Shown here: positions 18,737 to 32,833 of the stretch, piece after piece
Position numbering within the stretch: position 1 is the stretch's first letter
How the letters are laid out: each line of letters starts with the position of its first letter
Assembly (NCBI GenBank): GCA_937996235.1
Contig: CALKVK010000015.1
Span: forward strand, 29,744-93,743
DNA length: 64,000 nt
Reading direction: 5' to 3'
DNA from: an uncultured bacterium
Lineage (GTDB): Bacteria > Planctomycetota > JAJSAM01 > JAJVHW01
Position numbers and translations under genes: made by a program
The notes under the pieces: generated by a model
The model's input: the letters and a program-made list of their open reading frames with translations, nothing else
What the model was told of the DNA's origin: nothing
Databases searched by the model: none

Positions 18737-19294
18737 CTACCGTCCGGGGTTGCGCTGCTTCGTGGGCGGGCTGCCGCCCGCGGCGTCCGCCGCGAACCCG
18801 GACTCGAGCCGGTAGACGATCAGGTTCGCGCGCTCGCGGTCGGCGGGCTGGTCCTTCCACACGGCGCGCGCGGGCTGCGTGGGGTCCACGAGGTCCTCGT
18901 TGCGCTGCACGAGCACCGCACAGCGCGCGACGTACCGGCCGGGCGCGGTCTCGTCGAAGCGCAGGTGCACACGGCGCCGCACGCCCTGGAAGCGCGCCGG
19001 GGCGAGCAGCGTGCGCCAGGCGGTCACCATCGAGCGCTCCGAGCGGCGGCTCCGCAGCGAGTCCGGCGCGTAGCCGTCGGCCTGCAGGTCGAACTTCGCG
19101 CGCTCCCACAGGAACTCGAACTCGGGCGCGGTGAGCGGCTTGCTGGAGACGTACGCGTCGTCGTCCGGGAGCGCGGCGTCCGGATCGCCCGAGAACGGCG
19201 AGTGCATGCCCTCGCAGCCGCCGAGACCGAGGGCGGCGGGGCAGAGGAGGAGCAGGAGCGCGGCGACGCGCGCGCGGCGAGCGGGGGTGCGCAT
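18737..19294 (-). CDS. Hypothetical lipoprotein
   Basis: Signal peptide plus lipobox RVAALLLLLCPAALGLGGC. No family recognised. Confidence 0.55.
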   Translation of the reverse strand: MRTPARRARVAALLLLLCPAALGLGGCEGMHSPFSGDPDAALPDDDAYVSSKPLTAPEFEFLWERAKFDLQADGYAPDSLRSRRSERSMVTAWRTLLAPARFQGVRRRVHLRFDETAPGRYVARCAVLVQRNEDLVDPTQPARAVWKDQPADRERANLIVYRLESGFAADAAGGSPPTKQRNPGR

Positions 19295-19405
19295 CGGCGA
19301 GACGATAGCGATCCCGCGTCAGGATCGCGCCACATCCCGCCGACACCCGCCGGTCCGGGGGTCCTCCCCGCCGCGAGGCCGCGTGCGGTACCGTGCGCGG
19401 TTCCC

Positions 19406-20749
19406 ATGCCGCTACCGGCCATCGCGATCGTCGGACGTCCCAACGTCGGCAAGAGCACGCTCCTGAACGCGTTCGCCGGCCGGCGCGTGTCCGTCGTCGA
19501 CCCGACCGAGGGCGTGACGCGCGACCGAGTCGCCGCTCCGCTGCTGCGCGGGGAGCGCGCGTTCGAGGTGCTCGACACGGGCGGCATCGGGATCGTGGAC
19601 CGCCAGGACCTCGAGGCGGATGTCGAGCGCCAGATCGGCGCGGCGCTCGAGGCCGCGTGCGCCGTGATCTTCGTGGTGGACGCGCGCGCCGGGCTGACGT
19701 CGCTCGACCGCGAGATCGGGCGGCGCCTGCACGCCATCGGCAAGCCCGTGGTGTTCGTCGCCAACAAGGCGGAGTCGGTGGCGCTCGAGCAGGGGCTCGA
19801 CGAGTTCCGCGCCCTCGGCTTCGGGCCGCCGCTCGCCATCTCGGCGCAGAACGGCGAGAGCACCGAGGAGGCGCTCGAGCGCGCGCTGGCGTTCCTGCCC
19901 GAGGACACGCCCGCGGAGCTGCCCGGCGCAGCCGTGAAGGTCGCGATCGTCGGGCGCCGCAACGCCGGCAAGAGCACGCTCGTGAACGCGATCGCGCGGC
20001 AGGAGCGCGTGATCGTCTCGGAGAAGCCCGGCACGACGCGCGACGCCGTGGACGTGTGGATCGAGCGCGACGGCGCGCAGTGGGTGATCGTCGACACGGC
20101 GGGCTTCACGCAGCACGCGCGCGACGGGCGCGACCCGATCCAGTTCTACGGCGAGCACCGCGCGCTCCGCGCGGTGCGCTACTGCGACGTCGCCGTGCTG
20201 CTGCTCGACGTGACGACGAAGATCAGCGGTCTCGAGAAGCGCCTCGCCGACGCCATCGCGGAGGCCGGGCGGCCGTGCTACCTCGTCGCGAACAAGTGGG
20301 ACCTCGTGGACGGCGTGCCGACCGGCGAGTTCGACACGTACTACCGCGGCGTGCTCTCGGGCCTCTCGCGCGCGCCGCTCGCGTTCATCTCGGCGCAGAC
20401 CGGGCGCAACGTCGAGCGCATGCTCGACGTCGTGCTCGAGCTCCACGCGCAGGCGGGGTTCGAGATCGGCACCGGCGAGCTGAACCGCTTCGTGCAGGCC
20501 GCCCTCGACACGCGCCCGCCGCGCATCCGCTCGGGCCGCCGCGCGCGCGTCTACTACGCGACGCAGGTCGGTGTGCGTCCACCGACGTTCGCGCTCTACG
20601 TCAACGACCCGGGCCTCTTCGATCCGGCCTTCCGGCGCTACCTGGAGAACCGCTTCCGCGACACGTACCCGGTGCACGAGGTGCCGGTGCGCTTCGACTT
20701 CCGGCGCCGCGAGCGCAAGTCGCTCGGCGAACTCAAGGGCGGCGCCTGA
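19406..20749 (+). CDS. der: Ribosome-associated GTPase Der/EngA (tandem GTPase domains + KH-like)
   Basis: Two G domains: IAIVGRPNVGKSTLLN and VAIVGRRNAGKSTLVN, with DTGG/DTAG and NKAE/NKWD motifs. The real start is the ATG at track codon 147. Confidence 0.9.
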   Translation: MPLPAIAIVGRPNVGKSTLLNAFAGRRVSVVDPTEGVTRDRVAAPLLRGERAFEVLDTGGIGIVDRQDLEADVERQIGAALEAACAVIFVVDARAGLTSLDREIGRRLHAIGKPVVFVANKAESVALEQGLDEFRALGFGPPLAISAQNGESTEEALERALAFLPEDTPAELPGAAVKVAIVGRRNAGKSTLVNAIARQERVIVSEKPGTTRDAVDVWIERDGAQWVIVDTAGFTQHARDGRDPIQFYGEHRALRAVRYCDVAVLLLDVTTKISGLEKRLADAIAEAGRPCYLVANKWDLVDGVPTGEFDTYYRGVLSGLSRAPLAFISAQTGRNVERMLDVVLELHAQAGFEIGTGELNRFVQAALDTRPPRIRSGRRARVYYATQVGVRPPTFALYVNDPGLFDPAFRRYLENRFRDTYPVHEVPVRFDFRRRERKSLGELKGGA

Positions 20750-20843
20750 GAGCGCGCGCCGGAATGCGGCGGACGCCCCGCCAGAGGCCGCGGGCGCCGC
20801 GCGGCGCACTGCGCTACGATCCCGGTCCAGGCGGAGGACGGAC

Positions 20844-22463
20844 ATGAGGCGATGGACCCTCGCCCTCTTGCTCGCGCTCGCGGCGTGCAACGGCGACTCG
20901 CAGGACGGCACCGGCTCGGGCGGCGGCATCGGACGCGTGGACGCGTCCGCGCTCGTGACGATCGTGACGGCGGACGACGCGAAGGTGCTCGATCCGCACT
21001 GCACGTCGGACGGCGGCAACTCGAAGGTCATCCACCAGGTGTTCGAGACGCTGGTGCGCATCGACCCGGCCGACGTCAACCGGCTGATCCCCGCGCTCGC
21101 CACGCAGTGGGAGACGGCGCCCGACGGGCTCGCGGTCACGTTCACGCTGCGCGAGGGCGTCACGTTCCACGACGACGCGCCCTTCGACGCCGCCGCCGCG
21201 AAGCTGAGCCTCGACCGCCTGCGCGAGGTCGGCTTCAAGCTGTCGTCGGCGCCGTACGCGCCCGAGTTCCAGGACGTCGCGAGCTTCGACGTGGACGGCG
21301 CGCGGCTCGTCATGCGCCTGCGCGCGCCCGTCGCGCGCGTCGCCCTGCGCAACCTCTCGATGTTCTGCTCGAGCATCGTGAGCCCGCGCGTGATCGAGGC
21401 GACGCGCGGCCTCGACCCCGACGCGGCGACGGCGTACGTCACGTCGCACCCGATGGGCACGGGCGCGTACCGCATCGAGACGTTCGACCCCGCCGCGAAG
21501 CAGGCGACGCTGACCGCGAACGACGCGTACTGGGGCGGCGCCCCCACCGTGCGGCGCCTGCTGTTCAAGCCCGTCTCCGACGAGAGCATGCGCACGGAGT
21601 ACCTCACGAAGGCGGCGGGCCACGTGCTCGTCGACGACGTGCCGCGCCAGCACTGGGACGCGGTGCAGGCATCGGGGACCATGCAGCTCCAGGCGTGGTG
21701 GGCGCTGAACGTCTGCTACCTGGGCGTGAACGCCGACCACGACGCGACGCGCGAGCTCGACGTGCGGCGCGCGATCCAGCTCGCGGTGGAACGCGAGCCC
21801 GTGGTCGCGCACTACGACGGCACCGCGCGGCCCACCTTCGGACTCGTGGCGCAGCCCATGGCGGAGTACGACCCGGCGCTGCGCCCGCCGGGCTGGAGCG
21901 ACGACCCGGCGGAGCGCCGCAAGGCCGCCGCGGCGCTGATCGAGAAGGCGCGCGCCGAGGGCCGCGTGGTCACCGTCTACCACCCGCAGCAGCCGCGTCC
22001 CTACCTGCCGCGTCCGCAGGACATCGCGGACACCGTGCGCCAGCAGCTCAAGGCGATCGGCCTCGACGCGCGCATCCAGAGCGAGGACAAGAGCGTGCTG
22101 TTCCCCGGCGTCGCGACCGGGAAGTACGAGCTCGTGCTGATCGGCTGGACGACCGACAACGGCGACCCCGACAACTTCTACGGGCCACTCGCGGACGGAC
22201 TCGACGGCCGGCCGGGCGAGAGCAACACGAGCCGCGTCGTGAACGCGGACGTGCACGCGAAGCTGCTCGCGGCGCGGCAGTACGACGAGCCCGCGCGGCG
22301 CGTCGCGGCGTACCGCGAGATCGAGCGCATCCTGCAGACCGACGTCGCCGGCTACGTGCCGCTCGTCAACACGCAGCAGGCGGTCGCGTTCTCGAAGACG
22401 ATCCACGGCCTCGAGGTGGACGCGACCGGGCACTATCGCTTCGACCGCGCGACGCTCGAGTAG
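20844..22463 (+). CDS. ABC transporter substrate-binding lipoprotein, family 5 (peptide/nickel/opine type)
   Basis: Lipoprotein signal MRRWTLALLLALAACNG with RBS GGAGGACGG. It has the SBP_bac_5 fold (TLVRIDP...YRIETFDP...IGWTTDNGDPDNFY). Confidence 0.85.
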   Translation: MRRWTLALLLALAACNGDSQDGTGSGGGIGRVDASALVTIVTADDAKVLDPHCTSDGGNSKVIHQVFETLVRIDPADVNRLIPALATQWETAPDGLAVTFTLREGVTFHDDAPFDAAAAKLSLDRLREVGFKLSSAPYAPEFQDVASFDVDGARLVMRLRAPVARVALRNLSMFCSSIVSPRVIEATRGLDPDAATAYVTSHPMGTGAYRIETFDPAAKQATLTANDAYWGGAPTVRRLLFKPVSDESMRTEYLTKAAGHVLVDDVPRQHWDAVQASGTMQLQAWWALNVCYLGVNADHDATRELDVRRAIQLAVEREPVVAHYDGTARPTFGLVAQPMAEYDPALRPPGWSDDPAERRKAAAALIEKARAEGRVVTVYHPQQPRPYLPRPQDIADTVRQQLKAIGLDARIQSEDKSVLFPGVATGKYELVLIGWTTDNGDPDNFYGPLADGLDGRPGESNTSRVVNADVHAKLLAARQYDEPARRVAAYREIERILQTDVAGYVPLVNTQQAVAFSKTIHGLEVDATGHYRFDRATLE

Positions 22464-22469
22464 CCGCGC

Positions 22470-23537
22470 GTGTTCGCGTACGTCCTGCGCCGGCTGGGAC
22501 TCTCCGTGGTCCTGCTCGCGGTGGTCGTGCTCGCCACGTTCCTGCTGCACCACGCGCTGCCCGGCGACCCCGCGGCGGCGGTGCTCGGCAAGCAGTACAC
22601 GCAGGCGGCCGCGTTCGAGATGCGCGAGCGGCTCGGCCTGAACGATCCGCTCCCGTGGCAGTTCCTGCACTACGTCGAGGCCGTCGTGGCCGGCGATCTC
22701 GGTCGCTCGCACGTCTCGAACCAGTTGGTGACGCGCGAGCTCGCGCGCGTGCTGCCCGCGACGCTCGAGCTGTCGGTCGCAGCGCTCCTCGTCGCGTCGT
22801 TCGTCGGCGTCGGACTCGGCGTGTTCACGGCCACGCGACCGCGCACGTGGTGGGACGTGGCCGGACTGACCGCGGCGCTCGCGGGCGTCTCGCTGCCGAT
22901 CTTCTGGCTCGGGTTCCTCGCGCTGCAGGGCGTCGGCGAGGGCGGACTCCTCGCGCACGCGACCGGACTGCGCGGGCTGCCGCTCGGCGGGCGCTTCTCC
23001 CCCGCCGAGTACAGCCTCGGGCCGTGGCTCGAGTCGCACGAGGGCGCGACCGGCTTCCTGCTGTGGGACACGCTCTTCGTGGCGCGCGACCCGCAGGTCT
23101 TCCTGCACGTCGCGAAGCACCTGCTGCTGCCGACGCTCGTGCTCTCCACCGTGCCGATGTCGGTGATCGCGCGCATCACGCGCGCGTCGGTCGGCGAGGC
23201 GCTGCTGCAGGACTACGTGCGCACGGCGCGCGCGAAGGGACTGCCGGCGCGCACGGTCGTGCTGCGCCACGCGCTGCGCAACGCGGCGATCCCGGTGGTC
23301 ACGTCGATCGGCACGCAGCTCGGCTACCTGCTCGGCGGCGCGGTGCTCACCGAGACGATCTTCCAGTGGCCGGGCATGGGCACGTACGTCGTGCAGGCGA
23401 TCCTGAACCTCGACGTGAAGCCGCTCCAGGCGTGCGTGCTCGTCGTCGCCGTCGGCTTCGTGTTCGTGAACCTGATCGTCGACGTCAGCTACGCCGCGCT
23501 CGACCCGCGCATCCGCGCGGGCGGAGGCGGCGCGTGA
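22470..23537 (+). CDS. ABC transporter permease (DppB/OppB family)
   Basis: GTG start. There are 6 TMs and the EAA-type loop LLQDYVRTARAKGLPARTVVLRHALRNA. Confidence 0.85.
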   Translation: MFAYVLRRLGLSVVLLAVVVLATFLLHHALPGDPAAAVLGKQYTQAAAFEMRERLGLNDPLPWQFLHYVEAVVAGDLGRSHVSNQLVTRELARVLPATLELSVAALLVASFVGVGLGVFTATRPRTWWDVAGLTAALAGVSLPIFWLGFLALQGVGEGGLLAHATGLRGLPLGGRFSPAEYSLGPWLESHEGATGFLLWDTLFVARDPQVFLHVAKHLLLPTLVLSTVPMSVIARITRASVGEALLQDYVRTARAKGLPARTVVLRHALRNAAIPVVTSIGTQLGYLLGGAVLTETIFQWPGMGTYVVQAILNLDVKPLQACVLVVAVGFVFVNLIVDVSYAALDPRIRAGGGGA

Positions 23538-24376
23538 GCGGCGGCGGCGCGCGCGCCGTCGCGTTCCTGCGGCACCATCGGCCCGCGCTGGTCGGGACGG
23601 TGCTCGTCGCCCTCGTGCTCCTCACGGCCGCGGGCGGCCCCGCCGTGATCCCCCACGCACCGGGCGACGTGTTCGAGCGCTTCGCTGAGCCCGGCGGCTC
23701 GCACCCGCTCGGCACCGACAGCCAGGGCTACGACCTGCTCGCGCGCATGGTCTACGGTGCACGCACGACGCTGGTCATCGCGGTGGCGTCGATGACGCTC
23801 TCGCTGGTGCTCGGCACGCTGGTCGGCGCGGTGGCGGGCTTCGCCGGCGGCGTCGCCGACATGCTGCTGATGCGCGGCGTGGACGTCGCGATGAGCTTCC
23901 CGAGCTTCCTGCTCGCGATGGTCACCGTCGCCGTGCTCGGCCCGCGGCTCGAGAACGTGATCGTCGCCGTGGGTCTCGTCGGGGCGCCGGTGTTCGCGCG
24001 CCAGGTGCGCGCCGAGGTGCTGCGCGTGGTGTCCGAGGAGTACGTCGTCGCCGCGCGCTCGCTCGGGCTGCCCGCGACGCGCGTGCTGTTCACGCACGTT
24101 CTGCCGAACAGCCTCGGGCCCGTCATCGTGCTCGGCACCCTCGGCACCGGCAGCGCGATCCTCTCCGTCGCGGGCCTCAACTTCCTCGGGCTCGGCGGCG
24201 ACCCCTACCGCGTCCCGGAGTGGGGTCTCATCCTCACGCAGGGCTGGAACAAGCGGCCCGACGCGAACCTGCAGGTGGCCGTCGCGGGCCTCGCGATCTT
24301 CGTGACGGTGCTCGGCTTCAACCTGCTCGGAGACGGCCTGAAGGACGAGCTCGACCCGCGCACGCGCCGCCGCTGA
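23534..24376 (+). CDS. ABC transporter permease (DppC/OppC family)
   Basis: GTG start overlapping the upstream stop. It has LGTDSQGYDLLARMVYGARTTLV and YVVAARSLGLPATRVLFTHVLPN. No ATPase genes follow. Confidence 0.85.
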   Translation: MSGGGARAVAFLRHHRPALVGTVLVALVLLTAAGGPAVIPHAPGDVFERFAEPGGSHPLGTDSQGYDLLARMVYGARTTLVIAVASMTLSLVLGTLVGAVAGFAGGVADMLLMRGVDVAMSFPSFLLAMVTVAVLGPRLENVIVAVGLVGAPVFARQVRAEVLRVVSEEYVVAARSLGLPATRVLFTHVLPNSLGPVIVLGTLGTGSAILSVAGLNFLGLGGDPYRVPEWGLILTQGWNKRPDANLQVAVAGLAIFVTVLGFNLLGDGLKDELDPRTRRR

Positions 24377-24521
24377 CCCGCCGCCGGGCGAATCCCGCGT
24401 CCCCTCGTGACGCGCGAACGTAGCCTGCGCGGTCCCGCCGCGGAGCCGTGCGGGGAGGCACTCCGACAGCGAGGTGCACGTGGGGACGAACGGCAGCCGG
24501 CGACGCCGGACGACGCGACCG

Positions 24522-26411
<1,890 letters not shown>

Positions 26412-26462
26412 CTCGGCCTGACGTAGCGCCGACCGACGCGGCGCCGCACCACGCGCGGCGTC

Positions 26463-26651
26463 TCAGTCCGTCTGCTCGATGTCCTGCTCGCGGATCTCGC
26501 GCGCGACGCGCCACTCCTCGTCGAACCAGCGGCCGAGGTCGATCAGGCGGCAGCGCTCGGTGCAGAACGGGAAGTTCGCCGGCAGCGGCTCGGCGTCGTC
26601 GACGACGATCCGCGTCCCGCAGCGACGGCACGCGACGGCGAGGCGCGCCAA
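26463..26651 (-). CDS. yacG: DNA gyrase inhibitor YacG-like zinc-ribbon protein
   Basis: CRRCGTRIV ... PFCTERCRLIDLGRWFDEE matches the YacG family signature. Confidence 0.7.
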   Translation of the reverse strand: MARLAVACRRCGTRIVVDDAEPLPANFPFCTERCRLIDLGRWFDEEWRVAREIREQDIEQTD

Positions 26652-26699
26652 CGCGTCAGCCCCGGCGTCCGCGCGACGGGCGGGCCGACCCGCGCACCG

Positions 26700-27020
26700 T
26701 CAGTCGTCCGAGCTCGTGCACGGGCCGGCGCACGACGCGGGGTGCGCGGTGCAGGCGCCCGGCTCGGACTTCGAGGCGGCCGTGTCCTTCGACGCCGGCG
26801 CCTCGTCCTTGGAGGCGGCCGCTCCGCCGCCGCCCTTGCGCTTGTAGTCCGTCTCGTAGAAGCCGCCGCCCTTGAAGATCACGCCCGCGCCCGAGCCGAT
26901 CAGGCGGCGCAGCTTGCGCTTCCTGCACGACGGGCACACGCGCAGGGGCGACGACGTCATGCTCTGCAGGTGCTCGAACGCGTGCCCGCAGGCGTCGCAG
27001 ACGTAGTCGTAGGTGGGCAT
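26700..27020 (-). CDS. FmdB-family zinc-ribbon putative regulatory protein
   Basis: MPTYDYVCDACGHAFE...CPSCRKRKLRRLIGSGAGVIFKGGGFY is the classic FmdB Zn-ribbon N-terminus. It is followed by a G/A/S-rich tail and sits 5 bp downstream of grpE. Confidence 0.7.
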   Translation of the reverse strand: MPTYDYVCDACGHAFEHLQSMTSSPLRVCPSCRKRKLRRLIGSGAGVIFKGGGFYETDYKRKGGGGAAASKDEAPASKDTAASKSEPGACTAHPASCAGPCTSSDD

Positions 27021-27024
27021 CCGG

Positions 27025-27633
27025 TCACTCCTCCGCCGCGACGACGGTGCGCGCCGGGCGCAGCAGCCGCGGCCCCAGCTTGTACCCGCGCTCGAACACG
27101 GTCACAACGCTGCCCGCGGCCTGCTCCGGCGCGGGGCGCCGCATGACCGCCTCGTGCACACGCGGGTCGAAGGCCTCGCCCGCCGCCGGGTCGATGACCT
27201 CGATGCCGCAGCGCGCGAGCGCGCCGCGCAGCTGGCGGTGCGTGACGTCGAGCCCCGCCTGCACGTCGGCGAGCTCGCCGGTCGCGCTCTCGCGGGCCTT
27301 GTCGAAGCTGTCGAACACGGGGAGCAGGTCCTTCACGAACGCCTCGAGCGCGTCCGCCATCCACTGCTCCTTCTCGCGCTGCGTGCGGCGGCGGAAGTTG
27401 TCGTACTCGGCCGCGAGCCGCAGGTGGCGGTCGCTCGCCTCCGCGAGCAGGCGCTCGACGTCGCGCCGCGTGTAGAGGACCTCGGGCTCCTCCTCCTCGG
27501 GCGCTCCGGTCTCCGGCTCCGCGCGGCCGGACTCCGGCGGCGCGGCGTCCTCGGGCGGCGTCGCGGGCGCGTCCACGGCGGACGCGGCCGCTTCGACGTC
27601 GTCGGTCGGGAAGTCGTTCTTCTCGTCGCTCAT
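27025..27633 (-). CDS. grpE: Nucleotide exchange factor GrpE
   Basis: [19 protein letters not shown]...[21 protein letters not shown]...[24 protein letters not shown] is GrpE. Its ATG overlaps the dnaJ stop. Confidence 0.9.
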   Translation of the reverse strand: MSDEKNDFPTDDVEAAASAVDAPATPPEDAAPPESGRAEPETGAPEEEEPEVLYTRRDVERLLAEASDRHLRLAAEYDNFRRRTQREKEQWMADALEAFVKDLLPVFDSFDKARESATGELADVQAGLDVTHRQLRGALARCGIEVIDPAAGEAFDPRVHEAVMRRPAPEQAAGSVVTVFERGYKLGPRLLRPARTVVAAEE

Positions 27634-28775
27634 AGCACGAACAGGTCCGCGAGGTGGTCGAGGAAGCTCTTGCGCTTCGGACCGGGGTTCTCGTTCTCGA
27701 TCTTGCGGAACTCCTCCAGGAGCTCGCGCTGCCGCGCCGTGAGGCCGCGCGGCACCTCGATCTCGACCGTGGCGACGAGATCGCCGCGGTGGCGCCCGTC
27801 GTGCATGTTCGGCAGGCCCTTGCCGCGCACGCGCAGCGTCTCGCCGCTCTGGGTGCCGGGCCGCAGCCGCACGGTCTCCTTGCCGTCGAGGGTCGGCACG
27901 GCGACCTCGGCGCCGAGCGCCGCGTCGGCGAACGAGACCGGCAGGTCCACGAGCAGGTCGTCGTCGTGGCGCCGAAACACGTCGTGGGGCCGCACGCGCA
28001 CGACGACGAACAGGTCGCCCGCGGGACCGCCGCGCGGGCCCGACTCGCCCTCGCCGCGCAGCCGCATCTGCGTGCCGTCCTCGATGCCGGCCGGGAACGT
28101 CACCGTGATGTCGGTCTTCTTCAGCTCGCGCCCGGAGCCCGAGCACGGGCCGCACGGGCGGTCGAGCGTCGAGCCCTCGCCGCCGCAGCGCGGGCACGTC
28201 TGCGCGACGTGCATGAACCCGCCGAACGCCGCCTGCCGCACCTGGCCGACGCCGCCGCACTGCGCGCAGCGCGTCCGCCCCGAGCCGGCCGCGGCGCCGG
28301 AGCCGGAGCACGTCGCGCAGGTCTGGTGGCGGCGCAGCGTGATCGTCTTGCGCGCGCCGCGCGCGGCCTCCTCGAACGCGAGGTCCACGTCCACGCGCAG
28401 GTGGCTGCCGCGCGGCGGCCCGGCCCGGCGTCCGCCGCCGCCGCCGAACAGCTCGTCGAAGATCGAGCCGCCGCGGCCGCCGAAGACCTGCTCGAAGATG
28501 TCGAACGGGTCGGCTCCGCCGGCCGCGCCGCCCGCGAAACCGCCCGGCTGCGGCGCGGAGTGGCCGAAGCGGTCGTAGTGCGCCCGCTTCTGCTCGTCCG
28601 AGAGCACCTCGTAGGCCTCGGCGGCCTCCTTGAAGCGCGCCTCGGCCTCCGCATCACCCGGGTTGCGGTCCGGGTGGTACTTGAGGGCGAGCTTGCGGTA
28701 CGCCTTCTTGACGTCGTCCGCGGGAGCGTCGCGGGCGACTCCGAGCACCTCGTAGTAGTCGCGCTTGTCCGCCAC
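27630..28775 (-). CDS. dnaJ: Chaperone DnaJ (J domain, G/F region, 4x CxxCxGxG zinc finger, C-terminal domains)
   Basis: GTG start ([13 protein letters not shown]...[16 protein letters not shown]) with GGGAGA SD. The zinc-finger motifs are [24 protein letters not shown] and CGPCSGSG. Confidence 0.9.
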   Translation of the reverse strand: MADKRDYYEVLGVARDAPADDVKKAYRKLALKYHPDRNPGDAEAEARFKEAAEAYEVLSDEQKRAHYDRFGHSAPQPGGFAGGAAGGADPFDIFEQVFGGRGGSIFDELFGGGGGRRAGPPRGSHLRVDVDLAFEEAARGARKTITLRRHQTCATCSGSGAAAGSGRTRCAQCGGVGQVRQAAFGGFMHVAQTCPRCGGEGSTLDRPCGPCSGSGRELKKTDITVTFPAGIEDGTQMRLRGEGESGPRGGPAGDLFVVVRVRPHDVFRRHDDDLLVDLPVSFADAALGAEVAVPTLDGKETVRLRPGTQSGETLRVRGKGLPNMHDGRHRGDLVATVEIEVPRGLTARQRELLEEFRKIENENPGPKRKSFLDHLADLFVL

Positions 28776-28861
28776 GTCCGTCTCCCGTGCCGTCTTGCAC
28801 CGACGGCCGCACCGGTCCACCCGGCGCGGCCGCCGCAGCAGCACCGCCAGAGGGCGGTGCG

Positions 28862-30475
28862 TCAGGCGATCGCGCCGGCGACCGCCTTCTTGCGATCCTT
28901 GCCCTTCAGCTCCGTCACCATCACGCGCGTCGTGAGCATGGTGCCCGCGACGCTGACCGCGTGCGTGAGAGCGGACTTCGTGACCTTCGTCGGGTCCACG
29001 ATGCCCGCACGGAACATGTCGACGAGCTTGCCGCTCTTCGCGTCGAAGCCGCGCGTCTCGCTCGACTCGGCGAGCACGTCGGCGACGACGACGGCGCCGT
29101 CGCCGCCCGCGTTCTGCACGATGCAGCGCGTCGGCGCCTCGAGCGCGCGGCGCAGGATGCGCGCCGCGAACTTCTCGTCGCCCTTCAGCTTGACGCCCTC
29201 GAGCGCCGCCGCCGCGCGCAGGAGCGCGGTGCCGCCGCCGGGAACGATGCCCTCGTCGACGGCCGCACGCGTGGCGTGCAGCGCGTCCTCGACGCGCGCC
29301 TTCTTCTCCTTCGACTCGGCCTCGGTGGCCGCGCCGACCTTCACGATGGCCACGCCGCCCGCCAGCTTCGCGAGGCGCTCCTGGAGCTTCTCGCGGTCGT
29401 AGTCCGACGTGCTCGCGTCGATCTGGCGACGGATCTGCGCGACGCGCTCGCGCACGGCCGCCTGCGCGCCGGCGCCCTCGATGATCGTGGTGTCGTTCTT
29501 CGTGATCTCGATCTTCTTCGCGCTGCCGAGCTCGGAGAGCTGCACGTCCTCGAGCTTGCGGCCGAGGTCCGCGGCGAAGAACTCGCCGCCGGTCAGCACG
29601 GCGATGTCGCCGAGCATGGCCTTGCGCCGGTCGCCGAAACCCGGCGCCTTCACGGCGCAGACGTTCAGCACGCCGCGCAGCCGGTTCACGACGAGCGCCG
29701 CGAGGACCTCGTTCTCGACGTCCTCCGCCACGATCAGCAGCGGCTTGCCCGTGCGCGCGACCTGCTCGAGCAGCGGGATCAGCTCGCGCAGCGTGGAGAT
29801 CTTCTTCTCGTGCACGAGCACGAGCGCGTTCTCCATCACGCAGCGCATCTTCTGCGTGTCGGTGACGAAGTACGGGCTCACGTAGCCCTTGTCGAACTGC
29901 ATGCCGTCCACGAAGTCGAGCTTCGTGTCCATGCTCTTCGCTTCCTCGACGGTGATCACGCCGTCCTTGCCGCAGCGCTCGACGGCGTCGGCGATCAGCG
30001 CGCCGATCGCCTCGTCCTGGTTCGCGGAGATCGTGGCGACCTGCGCCATCTCCTCGCGCTTCGCGACGGGACGCGACTGACGCCCGATCGCGTCGTTCAG
30101 CGCGACCAGGCACTTGTCGAGTCCGCGCTTGAGCGCCATCGGGTCGGCGCCGGCCGAGAGCACCTTCACGCCCTCGTCGATGATCGCCTGGGCGAGCACC
30201 GTCGCGGTGGTGGTGCCGTCGCCGGCGACGTCGCTCGTCTTGCTGGCGACCTCGTTGACGAGCTTCGCGCCCATGTTCTCGAAGGGGTCCGGCAGCTCGA
30301 TCTCCTTCGAGACCGTGACGCCGTCCTTCGTGACGCCGGGGCTGCCCCACTTCTTGTCGAGGATCACCGTGCGGCCGGCCGGTCCGAGCGTCACCTTCAC
30401 GGTGTTCGCCAGCTGGGCCACGCCCTTCTGGACCTTCTTCCAGGCCTCCTCGTCGAAGAGCAGTTGCTTCGCCAT
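28862..30475 (-). CDS. groEL: Chaperonin GroEL copy 1, with an atypical C-terminus that lacks GGM repeats
   Basis: [19 protein letters not shown]...[17 protein letters not shown]...[11 protein letters not shown]...[12 protein letters not shown]. It ends ...[13 protein letters not shown]. Confidence 0.95.
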   Translation of the reverse strand: MAKQLLFDEEAWKKVQKGVAQLANTVKVTLGPAGRTVILDKKWGSPGVTKDGVTVSKEIELPDPFENMGAKLVNEVASKTSDVAGDGTTTATVLAQAIIDEGVKVLSAGADPMALKRGLDKCLVALNDAIGRQSRPVAKREEMAQVATISANQDEAIGALIADAVERCGKDGVITVEEAKSMDTKLDFVDGMQFDKGYVSPYFVTDTQKMRCVMENALVLVHEKKISTLRELIPLLEQVARTGKPLLIVAEDVENEVLAALVVNRLRGVLNVCAVKAPGFGDRRKAMLGDIAVLTGGEFFAADLGRKLEDVQLSELGSAKKIEITKNDTTIIEGAGAQAAVRERVAQIRRQIDASTSDYDREKLQERLAKLAGGVAIVKVGAATEAESKEKKARVEDALHATRAAVDEGIVPGGGTALLRAAAALEGVKLKGDEKFAARILRRALEAPTRCIVQNAGGDGAVVVADVLAESSETRGFDAKSGKLVDMFRAGIVDPTKVTKSALTHAVSVAGTMLTTRVMVTELKGKDRKKAVAGAIA

Positions 30476-30583
30476 GTGTCGCTCCTGATCGTCGTTCCGT
30501 GCTGAGGTTCGTTCAGCGCCGAGTTGGGGTGTCCGTGGGTGCGGGGCGCGCCGCGCGCGCCGCCACGAGTCGACCGCGAGCCG

Positions 30584-30871
30584 CTACGACTCGACGGCGA
30601 GGATGTCGGACTCGCGCAGGATCTTGAGCTCCTGCCCGCCGACCTTGACCTCGGTGCCCGAGTACTTGCCGTAGTAGACGACGGCGCCGACCGCCACCGC
30701 GGGCGGCATGCGCTCGCCGTCGTCGCGCTGCTTGCCGGGGCCGACGGCCACGATCTTGCCCTTGTTCGGCTTCTCCTTGGCGCTGTCGGGCAGGATCACG
30801 CCGCCCGTCGTGCGCTCCTCGGCGGAGAGCGGGCTCACGACCACACGATCATCGAGGGGCTTCAACTTCAC
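30584..30871 (-). CDS. groES: Co-chaperonin GroES
   Basis: GTG start with GGAGG 8 nt upstream. [46 protein letters not shown]...[11 protein letters not shown]. Confidence 0.9.
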   Translation of the reverse strand: MKLKPLDDRVVVSPLSAEERTTGGVILPDSAKEKPNKGKIVAVGPGKQRDDGERMPPAVAVGAVVYYGKYSGTEVKVGGQELKILRESDILAVES

Positions 30872-30926
30872 GGCTCGTTCCTCCGGTGCGATTGCGGTTC
30901 CGCGCGCGTCTGCGGCGCGGCAGGTC

Positions 30927-32552
<1,626 letters not shown>

Positions 32553-32745
32553 CCGGACGTCTCCTTCTCGCTCGATCGTCTGCCGCGGTCCGCGCCGCGC
32601 CGTGTTCGGCCGGGCGCCCGCGCCGGGTGGGGCCGTACTCCCGCCCCATCGCGCCTCCGCATCCACCGTGCCGCGCCGCCCGGGCTCGCGCAGGCTCGCC
32701 TCCCGATGACACGCTGGCAGAACCCACGCACGCCCGTGCGCCCGC

Positions 32746-32760
32746 CTGTCACGATGACAG
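32746..32760. promoter_or_regulatory. Perfect palindrome CTGTCACGATGACAG in the groEL2 / NPCBM-gene divergent intergenic region (candidate operator)
   Basis: CTGT-N7-ACAG dyad. A second ATGACACG half-like site lies at 32704..32712. No CIRCE was found. Confidence 0.3.
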
Positions 32761-32833
32761 CAGGCTCGCGCGGGAGCCTGCCCCCCGGCCGCATCTCCCC
32801 TGCGCCGGTGCGGGTACTGCTACGATCGCGGCC

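Noticed and set aside
16549-24376. 861-aa plus ORF (16549..19134), 756-aa minus ORF (19412..21682), 818-aa minus ORF (20814..23270) and the 5' 2/3 of the 1174-aa plus ORF
   Set aside because: They overlap the GT2, der and ABC transporter genes. They have no domain similarity and a biased composition.
27630-30350. N-terminal ~520 aa of the 906-aa minus ORF upstream of dnaJ
   Set aside because: This region is antisense-like R/G/D-rich sequence overlapping groEL1 in another frame. DnaJ begins at GTG 28775 with a proper J-domain and SD.
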